Below, in pieces: positions 1-11,056 of a DNA stretch of 64,000 bases. The number at the start of each line of letters is the position of its first letter. Positions within the stretch are counted from its first letter, which is position 1. The notes under the pieces were generated by a model. That model was given only the letters and a program-made list of their open reading frames with translations, was not told the DNA's origin and did no database searches. The position numbers were made by a program, and so were the translations under genes. Source of the stretch: Caecitellus pseudoparvulus. Taxonomy: Eukaryota > Protista > Bigyra: Bicosoecida. The DNA is taken from the NCBI GenBank assembly GCA_965644315.1, contig CBFFRQ010000028.1, forward strand, positions 62,001-126,000. Direction: 5' to 3'.

Positions 1-65
1 CTGCCGTGCCAGTGTCGTGGCTCCCCGCTTGCCCCCCCACGCTAACTGTTGCGCCAGCCAGGGCC

Positions 66-976
66 ATGGCTGCCAAAGCAGCCGGCGGCCTCAGCGCCCT
101 GCGCAGCAAGAGCTCGAAGCGCTGGTCTGCGTTGAAGGGACTGGCCCACGCCAATGCAGTGGTCAAGACCATCCCACATGGAATAGATTCAGAGACGTTC
201 TTGGGCGACAGCATTCCCCCCGAGATCAAGTGCGTGCACTGGTGCAGTGCACTTGAGCGCCGCATCTGCACCTGCCCTCCACGCCGCCGCCCGCTTCCTC
301 CCGCACCAGAGCAGCAGTGCCTGCCCTGCATGACGTGCCTGACCACCGCGCCATCATCTCCCAAGTCGTGGAGGACATGCAGGTGCGCCTCGGCAGCGCA
401 CCCGTCGCCTGGCGCACGCAGCCTCATCAACCCTCCACTCTCTCCCGCCCACAGCGCCCGCTGGCCAGCACAGCGCCTGCACACAGCGAAGCCACGGCGC
501 CCGAGGACGCCTTCGAGGCACAGACACGTGCTGCAGCTTACACAGGTGTGCTCATGCTGTTGCAAGCTGCCATCCGGCACCGCACCAAGCTGTCCGTCGT
601 GCAAGCGGACCTGACGAAGATGAACGCGCCCGAAGCCTTCGTGTCAGACTTCGTCGCCGTCTTGCGGCGCCATCGCGCTACCCTGGAGGAGGCCACCGTC
701 CAGCACAGCACCCGCTTCCCCGCCCTGGACAAGCTCAAGTGGCGGGTGGACGTCACCATCAGCTCCTCCTCTGCCCGGCGCGTGATGCAGCCGGCCCTGC
801 TCATGGAGACGGCGCTGTCCGACGGCAGCTTGCATTCGTTTGAAATGCCCATCGAAAAGTTCCACGCCCTGCGCCACAGCGTCGCGCGCATGCTGCTGGA
901 GATGGGGGACATCCGTGCCCACCCCGTCATCCAGCTGGCCTTCGACGCAGAGAAGGCTGCCCTGGACAAACCCTGA
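66..976 (+). CDS. COMMD5: COMM domain-containing protein 5 (Commander complex)
   Basis: ATG at 66. Introns 230-309 and 383-454. N-terminal 'FLGDSIPPEI' and C-terminal COMM domain 'LKWRVDVTISSSSARRVMQPALLM..LSDG..FEMPIEKFHALRHSVA' match the COMMD5 pattern. Confidence 0.88.
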
Positions 977-981
977 CCCGC

Positions 982-3203
982 TCACAGCACCTGCAGCAGC
1001 CGCCCGCTGCAGCGCAATGCATCCTCGCCGCTGGGCGGCCCGAGGGACGCCAGCTTCGATGCAGCTGCAACGACCCTTGCCTTGAAGTCCAGCCCTTCGT
1101 ACGGACTGGGCTGCTTGTTGGCGGCCCGCTTGGCTTCGGCCTCGGCGGCTGCTTGCTTGCGCTGCTCCAGGTAGTGCTGGCTCAGGGCATCCCCTGCGTG
1201 GTACTTGTCCTCAGGCAGCTCCTCCCCCTCCCTGAAGGGCGCCTCGGCAGCTGCTGCGGCGGCGGCGGCCTGGGCAGCAGCGGCGGCGGCGCTGGCGGCA
1301 GCAGCAGCCTGTGCTGCAGCCTCTGCTGCTGCATCTCGCCGGCGTGCCGAGACGTCGTGAGGGGCGCTGCCGCCGCCGTCCAGCGCCCGTGCCAGCAACC
1401 ACGGCTTGGAGCCTGGGTCTGGACCGGCAACGTCACCTGCGTTGAACTGCTTCAGGGGGAGGTGCAGGGTGACGGCTGCCGCATCCAGATCCACGTGCAA
1501 TGTGAGCCCTGACTCCGGCTGGCTCAGCGCCTGCACATCCAGCAGGACCGGCACTGCCGTGGACGTCTCGCGGTGCCCAGGGGCCGTCATAGCCACGCTC
1601 TCCTCACCGAGGGCCACGCTGAGGCCAGGCAGTGCGGCCAGGGGCAGGGCGGGCCCCACCTTCCCGTGGCGCCGCAAGTCTGTCGCCCACTGCATGACCT
1701 GGGGCTGGCTGGGCACCAAGTCGAAGCGCACGGTGACACCAGTCACTACGGCGCCAGCAGCAGGAGGGCCGTAGTTCATGGGGACCATGTCCCAGTCGGC
1801 AAAGGACCAGGCTTGTGCCTGGGCCTGCCCCGCGCGGTGCAAGCGCACAGAGGCTTTGGCAAACACCTTGGGTGCCTCCACAGCCACTGGTCCAGTGGTC
1901 AGCTTCCTGGACTTGCGCGCGACCAGTCCAGGGGTGGCCCCCGGTGCAGGCGCAGTGCTGGCGCCGCCTGGCTGCAGTTCCGAGATGAGGGGGGCCTTCG
2001 GGGCTCCGCCGCTCTCGGCAGTGCCTCGGCGCACGGCTGCCGCAACAGCCTCGGCAGAGGCGCTCCCGCCGCTGTCATCACCCACCCCTGCCTCCGCTGC
2101 GCCTGTGAGCGACTCCAGGACGCCTTTCTCGTCATCCTTCGTCCTCAAGTCCAACGCACGACCACGCTGGAAGGTACCATGAGCGGGTGGGGCGGCGGGT
2201 GCCCGAGCAGGCTGGGACGGTGCAGGCACCACTGCACCGCCCTGGCTCTCAATGGCCCCCAGTGCCGCCGCATTCGTGACTTCCCCTTCCTTTGACTCGG
2301 CAGCAGAGGACACTGCCGTGATGCCGGGCTTGGGAGCGGCGGAGCGCACCCACTGCGGCACCAGCTCCCCCCCCACGCGGCCCTTGTACGCAAGCTTGGG
2401 CAGCTTGTACTGTGCAGACAACAGCAAGCCATGCTTGCGCTCTGCGTACTGCAGTGCCAGCTCCACGGCAAAATGCCGGAAACGGCCGCTGGTGTCTGAC
2501 AGGCAATCGGACACGACGCCCGGGTTCACGATGACGTCCAGGACAGCACAGGGGGCCCCCGAGCGGTCCGAGTCCTGGCGAATGGGCCCCATGCTGAGGG
2601 GAATGTTCAGCCCTTCCACCTCATTCCCTGCGTCGTCCAGCGTCACCCGCTTGGACATGGGCGCCACCTCCTCTGCCTGCGTCATGTTGATGAACACCTT
2701 CTGGCCAGAGGGAATGGCGAACGCCGACCCCTTGTCCCCTGCAGGCAGGGACTTGACTGCGTTTGTCTTCACAGTGAACCCTGGCTTGGGGGTCACCAGC
2801 GCACCGGCCTGCGGGGGCGCTCCGCGTCGCTGTGCTTCCGTTGCCAACGCCAAGCGCCGAGGCACGACTCACTTGTTTGGATGGCGTGCCGCCACTGACG
2901 CCACCAGCTCCTCCTACAGGGACAGCATAGCAATGAGTGTAAAATGATCACACGCGCAAGCAATCCCACGCGCAGGAATCCTCACCCATGGTCAGCTGGG
3001 CCATGACATTTGCGTAGGCTGCCGGGTCGGTTTCCTTCAGCTTGTCCAACACCTGCGACATGGGGCAGTGCCATGCAGCGTGTGGGGAGCACCTGCAGCA
3101 GGCCTGCACCCTTGCAGCGATTTCAGTACAAGGGCCAGCGACTCACATCAGCAAGTGCCTCCAGCTCCGCCTCGTCCCCCGGCTTCGGCCCTTGGTCAGC
3201 CAT
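982..3203 (-). CDS. PIH1 domain protein (PIH1D1/Kintoun-like co-chaperone)
   Basis: PIH1-N motifs 'VTPKPGFTVKT', 'KVFINM', 'IPLSMGPIRQDSDRSGAPCAVLDVIVNP', 'YKLPKLAYKG'. Three short upstream exons reconstructed (MADQGPKPG.. at 3203, GTGAG donors). Confidence 0.85.
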
Positions 3204-3344
3204 GCTGTGTGAAACGCCGAAGCAAAACGCCGGCGGAGTGGTGTGCATGCGCGGCCCGCACGGTTCACGCTGTGGACCAAAAGCCCGTACATTCTCACTG
3301 GGTGGTGGGAATTGTTCCCGACCCGTGTAGACCAGTGGTAAGCA

Positions 3345-5608
3345 TCACACATAGCCCCCGCCTGTGGGTGCAGGGTTGGCAGGGGGGTACCCAGGCGGCG
3401 CTCCTGGTCCACCTGCTGGCGGGTACCCAGTGCCGCCAGGGGCAGGGTAGCCTGCAGAGGGGGGAGGGTAGCTCATCCCAGGCTGTGCGTGAGGGGCACC
3501 CCCGGTGTTGTAGTAAGACAGGTTGGCGCCTGGTGGCCGGTGCGTCGCAGGTGCGGGGTACGCTGGCGCCGGGGCTGGTGCGGGGGCAGGCGCAGAGGCT
3601 GGCGCCGGGGTGGAGCTGGTGACGGGGGGCGGCGCCTTGCTGCCACTAGCACGCTTGACACAGTAGAAAACGATGGCAGCCACTGCGATGAGGGCCACGA
3701 CGCCGCCAATGATGCCGCCCACCAGCGCGCCGGAAACGGCACTGGACTCCTCCGGGTCACAGCAGCGCAGGTCCTTGTACGTCGCTGCGTCGCCGCCGAA
3801 GGGGCTGCCGGCACAGAAGGGGTCCGGGTTGGAGGGCAGGGGGATGGAGCACGCTGGGACGGAGTCCTGCCCTGCCCGGCACTGCTGTGCCAGGGTCTCG
3901 TTGCAGGCATGGTCGCCTCGCAGCAGCTCCACAGTGCAGTTGTTGAAGGTGTTGGCGCCACACACCTGGCTGCGGGAGATGAGGGCACTGAGGACGTCGT
4001 CGGGGTTGGCTGCCAGGGAGTTAAAGTCAGACATGGTGATGTCCACGCCCGCCACGCCCAGCAGAGCGGGGGGGCTGACTGTGTCGTCATACACGGGCAG
4101 GGAGGCGGTGGTGACAAGGCCAAGGCCGTTGATGTCTTCGTACGGCTCCACCCACACGACGGAGTCCCGCTGGATGCCGGTGGCGAGGAATTGGTAGTAC
4201 TGCACCATCTTCGTGCGCAGGTTGGCGTTGTTGGTGATGGGCGCCCACACGCCGTTGCCGATGCACGCCATGCGCTTGGGGTACTCCTGCAGGTCTGCAC
4301 GCGTGTCGGCGTCCGGCCCCAGGGTGTACGTGAACAGGAAGGTGTTGTCTCGGCGCTCGGCAGGCAAGCCTGCCAGCCAGTTCTCCAGGCGGGTCACAGC
4401 GGCGTCGCCGTTCTCCGGCGCACCGTCCGTCAGGAAGAGAATGACAGACCTGCACGCCGTGGAGCCGATTTCCTGTGCCTGTGAGTTGTCCAGCACGTTA
4501 AAGGTCGTGCTCAGGGCGTCTGCGAAGTTGGTGCCACCAGCGGGCGAGATGGAGTCCACGTAGCGGGTCAGCACCTCACGGTTCTGCTCGTTCATGGGCA
4601 GCAGGCGACCATTGCCCTGCACCGTTGCAGTGGTGGAGAAAGACACCACTTGGGCGTAATCCGCCGACGTGAGCGTCTCCAACACACTGCGGGCGGCTGC
4701 CAAGGCCACATTGATGCGGGAGTCTCGAACGCTCAGACTGCCCATGCTGCCAGAGCGATCCAGCACGAGAACCAGGCGCTTGGCCCCCGATGCACCCGCA
4801 ACATACCAAGGCCTCACGCGGGGGTCATAGGCGGTGCAGCCGAAGGAGCTGAACCCCCACACACGCCCAGGGTAAGAACCTGTGAGAAGGTCAAGCGCAG
4901 CGCAGCAGGTCAGCCACGGCGTCCGGGCAGACGCAACCATGGGCGTGGGAGCACTCACGGTGCATGCCATTGACACTGCCAAAGTACTGGTACTTCAGGT
5001 TGTTGGCTGACTGGGCGTTGCTGTTGCGGTTCTCCATGAACGTGGCGTCCAGGCCTTGTGTCGCGCAGATGTCGGTGCGGGGCTCCTCAGCAGAGCCAGA
5101 TGGCACAGAGTCAGCCAGGCGCACAATACTCCTGCAGGGATGGTGGTGCTTGCGCGCGGGTGGCCCTACGCTACATTACACTCCCCGGCCGACCGACACC
5201 ACTCACTTGGATGTGTCAATGAGCTGGCCAGGCTTCCGTCCTGAGCAGTCACTTCCCGTGCTGGGGTCTCCAAACTCAAGGGAGCACTGGCTGCCGGTCA
5301 GTCCACTCATATCATTGTAGCAAGCATTCACTGTGCACTCGCTGCACTCGCGCACTCGGCTTGTGCACGGCGCGGTGCCGCTCAGGAGCGTTTCTGTGCA
5401 TACGTCGAGGTCAAGGAAAGGTGCAGCGACAGGCCGCGCTCCGGGGCGCCCATCCCTGCACATACGCACTGGCCGTTGTGGCGATGGCCCGCACTTCCGC
5501 CTCGCGATCTTGGATGGCCTGGTTGAGGGCTGCGGAGCCTTGGGCCGTGCCGGGCTGCACGTACACAGCCGCGGCAGCTGCCGCCAGAAGCAGTGCCAGC
5601 GTCCTCAT
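3345..5608 (-). CDS. vWA + Cache domain type I membrane protein (Ca-channel alpha2-delta/CACHD1-like)
   Basis: Signal peptide MRTLALLLAAAAAAV. 'YDPRVRPWY' then MIDAS 'DRSGS', 'GGTNF', 'FLTDG'. Cache-like 'WVEPYED..GLGLVTTASLPVY..LLGVAGVD'. One TM helix and a Pro/Tyr-rich tail. Multi-exon. Confidence 0.85.
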
Positions 5609-5955
5609 CCTGCGCTGTGCAGATCGGGGCAAAACACGCCGCCCAAAGCCGTACCTCTGATCTGAGTGCACAGGGGCCTGTGCAATCAGTCGGGCTGTGG
5701 GGGGATTGCGGGATTTGACCTCTGCCAGTGTGTGAGTCTGGAGCAGGCGCTGTGTAGCTGCATCAAGGAACCGAGCACCTGACCATCAGTCACACCTTGT
5801 AACGAGCGACAAACCACTCACACCAGCTGTGCACAGACGCTCACATCCGTATCTTGTTCCCAGATCAGCCCTCTGCTGCCTGCCCGGGGTCACTTGGCCA
5901 GCTGTTGTGAATTTGCGTTTCGGGAGAGTTTCTGAGCAACCCCTTCCTCTTCAGC

Positions 5956-6348
5956 ATGGCGGACAGCCAAAGTGAAGCACCCCTCCCCCCAGTGCACAAC
6001 ATCAACACCGCCTTCGACTCCATCACCGACTTTTGGAGCCCCAAAGTTGTCTGCCTCGCCAATGGCCAGGCCCTGAAGGTTGCCAAGATCAAGGGCGAGT
6101 TCGTGTGGCATGCCCACGAAGGCGAGGATGAAGTCTTCCACGTCATCAAGGGCGCCTGCGTCATCCAGTACAAAGCAGGGGACGTGCACCTGTCGGAGGG
6201 CGACGTGCACGTCGTGCCTGCGGGCGTGCAGCACTGCCCACGTGCCGCTGAGGAGTGCTGGATCAGCCTGCTGGAGCCAGTGACCACCAAGCACACCGGC
6301 GACACCGCCAGCACCCTCACACGCAGCTTCCAGGACCAGCTGCAGTGA
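5956..6348 (+). CDS. Cupin_2 domain protein, bacterial type
   Basis: Intronless, 130 aa. 'WSPKVV..NGQALKVAKIKGEFVWHAHEGEDEVF' and 'VVPAGVQHCPRA' provide the cupin H-x-H..E..H metal ligands. Confidence 0.88.
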   Translation: MADSQSEAPLPPVHNINTAFDSITDFWSPKVVCLANGQALKVAKIKGEFVWHAHEGEDEVFHVIKGACVIQYKAGDVHLSEGDVHVVPAGVQHCPRAAEECWISLLEPVTTKHTGDTASTLTRSFQDQLQ

Positions 6349-6395
6349 CCACTGCCGCAACGTGCATTGCTTTCTGCAGTGCGGCCTGGGCCACC

Positions 6396-7881
6396 TCACA
6401 ACTGCTGCCACTGCACACTGGCAGCGTCGGCACCGTCCAACAATGCGTCCCCACGGGACACGCCCACACACACCCACTTGCCCGCCTCGCGCACCCAGCT
6501 GCGCACCTCGCTGCCCACACTGACCTTGGTGACGTCAGTGTCGGCAGCGCCCTGGGGCACGACCTTCCGGCTGTACGCCACGGTGGCGGAGTCAGGCCCG
6601 CTCAGCGTCACGACGGGCGGCGACACCCACACAGCGCCCGGCACGCCAGCCTCCCGCGCGGCAACATCTGCGGCCTCCCCCCGCGCCAGGCGTGCGATGA
6701 CTGCCGCATCGGCGTGTGCTGTGGCCACCTGCAGCCGAGCGTTGGCGTCAAGCACCTCCCCCTCCACGATGGGCCCTGCAATGGCCTGCGTGGCTGTGAA
6801 CACGTCCTCAATGCACGCCGTGGCGTTCACGACGAACACCTGCCCTCGGTGGGCGTAGTGCTCCACCACGGGCATGGTCTGCGTCTTGAACACCTTGAAG
6901 CGCTTGCGGATGGTGATGACGTTGTCGTCCCCGCGCCCGCTGGTGGCGGCCCGCCCCAGGATGCGCTTCTCCATCACCTCCTCGTCCGTGTCGTAGAACA
7001 GCACGCCCAGCACGTTGGTCACGGGGTCCATGTGCTTCTGCCACCCCTGCAGGTTGTCGTACGAGCGCGGGAAGCCGTCGATCAGGAACTTCGTGTTGCC
7101 GTCCGCCTTCATCGCGTTGGCCAGCAGCCGCAGCGTGATCTCCACCGGCACGATGTTGCCCTCCTTGATGTACGCGTTGATGAGCTCGCCGTCTGCACTG
7201 TCGGGGTTGGCCCGCTCTGCACGCAGCAGGTCCCCCGCGCTCAGGTGCGTGAAGCCATACTCCGCCACCAGCCGCCCGCACTGCGTGCCCTTCCCCGCGC
7301 CAGGCCCGCCCAGCACGAACAGCACCTTCGGCTGGCCATACACAGACTCCTGTGCCGCATGTCGGGGGCAGGGTGCGTGAGCCACTCAGTGGTGCCCTCG
7401 GCAGTGTGTGAGTGACGCCCTGCGCCACACAGCTGGCCCACCTCACTCACATCGCTGGCAGGCACAACACCTGTCAGGTCCAGCGGGGTGCCCTGCAAGG
7501 TGGCGGGGGAGGTGAGAGGGGGCAGGCTACGTGGCGAGGGCAGTGAATGCAAGTGCGCCACGCTGAGACCTTACAGCTGCAAGTTGTGCCGTGCTGCCGG
7601 TGCTGTCATTGGAGACGGGGCTGGCGATTACCGCAGCAGCGCCCATTGCCGCGCCTGCCACCGCCCAAGCTGGCCTGTGGAACGAGCAAGAGCAGTCCAG
7701 TGCCGGCATTCAACGCCGAAGCAGGACACAAGGGAGTAAATACCCACATGGACTCCTCCTGGGACGAGGTGAACCGCTCTCGAGTCGGCCCTGCAGCTGG
7801 CAAGGCGCGTGCCATAGTCTGGCGTGCCGCTCGTGCCGCCGAGGGCAAGGCGCCTCGAAGGCCTGCCACAGCTGCCAACAT
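6396..7881 (-). CDS. UMP-CMP kinase (adenylate kinase family) with mitochondrial-type presequence and C-terminal NTF2/CaMKII-hub-like domain
   Basis: 'VLGGPGAGKGTQC', 'HLSAGDLLRAE', 'FLIDGFPRS', 'GRGDDN'. First exon MLAAVAGLRGALPSAARAAR.. at 7881. Several short introns. Confidence 0.9.
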
Positions 7882-8192
7882 GACTGCTTGGAAGGAGAAG
7901 AGGATCAGACAAGGCTGGGTGCCGAGCGAGCTGGCGCGTTGTGAGGTGGGGAGCGAGAAAGACGAGGAAAGTGGAGCGTGCGGGTGAGTGCATGGCCAGC
8001 ATGCTTTCGAGCTAGCCATTTCAAAGCGGTCGGCCGGGCAAATCACGCGAGACTGAGTGGGATTCAAGTCACATGCGGGTGCAGAGGGGGATTTAGATCA
8101 AGGGCACCCTGTTTCGGCCCTTTGCAGCGCTCTGCACCCTGGTCACTGAGTGGCATGTCACGTGTGCTTGGAGGCGTGGCACGCACCGTTTC

Positions 8193-11009
8193 ATGGCGAA
8201 ACCCCGGCGCCTGCCCCTGCGCTGCAGTGAGGCCGTTGCAGCTCTGAACAGGCACTCCAAGCAGCCATGGATGTGGGGCGTTAGTTGTGCCTTGGGAATG
8301 ATGACTCTTCTGTGGCTGAGCCTCCCACCAGCCACTCCAGTGGGTCCGACGGGACCGGCGCTGAGTCTGGCGGGTACGCTGGAACCGGCTACCAGCGGTG
8401 GCGCGCCTGGGATTCCCCTCGCGCGTTACGATGCACTCGGCGCCCATAGGCACACAAAGGCTGCAGTCTTTATGCAATGCTCTTTAGACCAGTGTGTGCA
8501 GCATGCAGAGAACCTGCCGCTGTTCTGGTGGCAGGCCGTCGCTGAACAGGGGCTGGTTGTGGTGTATGTTGTCTCAGCCGACGTCGAGGGGCATGTGGAC
8601 GCCGCCGCCTTCCCGGACTTCTCCGCCGCAGGCGTGCATGCAGCTGTGGCTGTGTTGACCGTTGATGCCCCTGAAGAGCACCCTCCCCTCCGGAAGGAAG
8701 TGGCGCTCCTGCGCTGGGCACGGTCCAACCTCCCGCCTGGCGCGCTGGTGGTGAAGAGCGACACTGACGCTGTGTGGGAGCCAGGCCGCCTCGCAGCAGC
8801 CCTGGGGGCCCTGGATGCGGCGAGTTCGAGCTTGTTTGTGGGGCGCCCTGTGGCGGCCTGTGAGTGTTCCGTCGCCCTGCCACGTGGCAAGAAGAACCCC
8901 CCCTGCACGGCCGCCGCCGCGACACATTACTGCTCCGGCTGGCTGTACGCGACGTCGGTGGCCACCCTGCGGTCCATTCCAGAGGCCTCCATCGCCCCCG
9001 TCATGAACGGCACCACTGGCAAGGTGTGCAAGAGCTCAGACTTGACAGTGGGGCGCATCATGAACGCTGCTGGCGTGCGCCAGTGCACCCCCCTCACCCT
9101 GCCCGGGACCCCCCCTCCCCCAGGGGGCAAGAGCTTCCCCATCGACCTGGCCACAGACAAGCGCTTCCTGGCCAAGCACGCCCTGTGCAACAACGTTGGG
9201 CTGCACGGCGGCGTGGGCATGGCCAAGTACTTGGCGTGGCCAGCCCAGTTCAGTGCCCAGGACTTCGCCGGCTGTGTGGGCATCCACCCCGCCAAGGCGC
9301 GCCATGACGTGCGGTACCTCGCACACCACATGCTGGGCGGCAGATCTGCGCCTGATTGGCCCACGGCAACTGGCGTCTGCACCGTGGCTGTGGGCCTGCT
9401 GTCCATGCCTCGCGACTTTTCCCCGAGGCAGGCTGCACGGCTCACGTACGGCCCACTGGCTTCACTGCTGGGGGTGCGCCTGCGCTTTTTTGTCGGGCAT
9501 GAAGCGGGCGGCACGCCCCCCGTCATCTCCGCCGCCATCGCTGCAGAAGGGGATGTGCACGTGCTGGACCTGGAAGAGTCGTACATGGGCATTTGGCGCA
9601 AGGTGCGGGGCATGGCGCAGTGGGCGGCGTCCACAAACTGTGCAGCCTTCGTGAAGACAGACGTGGACACGTACATCCGCCCACACCAGCTGCTGAAGGA
9701 GTTGGAGGCGCTGGACCTGCGTGCGGACACACAGGCCCTCATTGGCAACCTGTGGGTGGCCAAGCCCGGCACGCGGAATGTGGTGGCGGACCCCACGTCG
9801 CCCTGGTACATGGCCCATCTGTACGACAAGCCCACCTACCCGCCCTACGCATCGGGGTACTTGTACATCCTCACGATGCCCCTGCTCAGGGCAGCTCTGC
9901 CCCACATCCTGGCCTCGCCTGACTACCCTGTGGAGGACGCTGGCATGGGCATTTGTGTGGAGAAGGTGCGGAATCGAGTGGGCGCGCCGCCAGTGCGGTA
10001 CGAAGGCCCCGACGCCCTGTCCCTCACCAAGCTCTGCAGCAGCCGCACAGTGGCGGAAAACGCCGTCACCTCCCACAAACAGTTCAACTTCTACCACCTG
10101 CACGCCCTGGAAATGGCGGGGGAGCTGTGCAAGTACAGCACGCGGGACCACCTCGCTGCCAGCCGCTCGTACGCGGCGTCCGTCGCCTTTGACGAACCAG
10201 GCGCGGTGTCCCTGGACGCGTCCAGTCAACTCCTGGCCCACACGGCGCTGGCCGCGTCACTGGCCATCACCCCCGGCGCCACGACTCGTCTGCTCATCGC
10301 CACCCTACCTCCCAGCGGGCACGACGCGCAGTGGGGCGTGTCCCCGGAAATGGTCGCGGCCTTCACACAAGAAGCCTCCGTGCAACCCTCCCTCGTGCTG
10401 CGCTGCCTGTCCTGTCCCGGCAACTCGCTGCTGTTGGCTGCAAACGCCGCCGCCAGCTCCACCGTGCACCTGCTGCACTTGCAGCCACGATCGGCTGCTG
10501 AGCTCGCCGCCCCCCCCACTGCCTTCGCAGCGCTGCTTGACGACATGCTCCTGGTGCTGCCGGCACACAGTGCCGCGGAGACACACCCCGTAGTGCGTGA
10601 GCTGCTGCACGGAGGGCGCTGCGTGCTCACGACCACCCTGCCCAGCGAAGCATGCGACGCATGTGACACGCCCGTTGTCTTGTCACCTGGACAGTGTGGG
10701 GCGCTGTGCATGGCAGGCGCAGCAACGCACATCGCCCAGCAGCGAAACGCTGCAGGCGTCATCGCACTGGATGGAGCATTCATTGCCGCCGGCAAGCTGG
10801 ACACAGCCTTTGCTGTGGCGGCGCTGGCGCACCTGCAGACAGGGGCAGCGGCAGCGCTGCAGGTGCAGGGGTCAGCAGGGTCGGCGGTGTATCTTGGCTC
10901 CGACGTCGGTCCCAGCCCCTCCACAGGCATGGACCAGGCCCTGGGACAGCAGTTGCTGGGCATGGAGGGAGTGCAGTCTGTGTTTGACGTCGTGTTGTTG
11001 TCAGGGTAG
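8193..11009 (+). CDS. Type II membrane glycosyltransferase with two GT31 (Fringe/beta-1,3-galactosyltransferase)-like domains
   Basis: N-terminal TM. Domain 1: 'VVKSDTD..YCSG..SSDLTVG..HPAK'. Domain 2: 'FVKTDVDTYI..YPPYASGYLYILT..VEDAGMG'. Confidence 0.82.
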   Translation: MAKPRRLPLRCSEAVAALNRHSKQPWMWGVSCALGMMTLLWLSLPPATPVGPTGPALSLAGTLEPATSGGAPGIPLARYDALGAHRHTKAAVFMQCSLDQCVQHAENLPLFWWQAVAEQGLVVVYVVSADVEGHVDAAAFPDFSAAGVHAAVAVLTVDAPEEHPPLRKEVALLRWARSNLPPGALVVKSDTDAVWEPGRLAAALGALDAASSSLFVGRPVAACECSVALPRGKKNPPCTAAAATHYCSGWLYATSVATLRSIPEASIAPVMNGTTGKVCKSSDLTVGRIMNAAGVRQCTPLTLPGTPPPPGGKSFPIDLATDKRFLAKHALCNNVGLHGGVGMAKYLAWPAQFSAQDFAGCVGIHPAKARHDVRYLAHHMLGGRSAPDWPTATGVCTVAVGLLSMPRDFSPRQAARLTYGPLASLLGVRLRFFVGHEAGGTPPVISAAIAAEGDVHVLDLEESYMGIWRKVRGMAQWAASTNCAAFVKTDVDTYIRPHQLLKELEALDLRADTQALIGNLWVAKPGTRNVVADPTSPWYMAHLYDKPTYPPYASGYLYILTMPLLRAALPHILASPDYPVEDAGMGICVEKVRNRVGAPPVRYEGPDALSLTKLCSSRTVAENAVTSHKQFNFYHLHALEMAGELCKYSTRDHLAASRSYAASVAFDEPGAVSLDASSQLLAHTALAASLAITPGATTRLLIATLPPSGHDAQWGVSPEMVAAFTQEASVQPSLVLRCLSCPGNSLLLAANAAASSTVHLLHLQPRSAAELAAPPTAFAALLDDMLLVLPAHSAAETHPVVRELLHGGRCVLTTTLPSEACDACDTPVVLSPGQCGALCMAGAATHIAQQRNAAGVIALDGAFIAAGKLDTAFAVAALAHLQTGAAAALQVQGSAGSAVYLGSDVGPSPSTGMDQALGQQLLGMEGVQSVFDVVLLSG

Positions 11010-11056
11010 ACTTTCGTCAGGGTGTGTGGTGAATGCATTCACGGTGGCAGGCAGCC

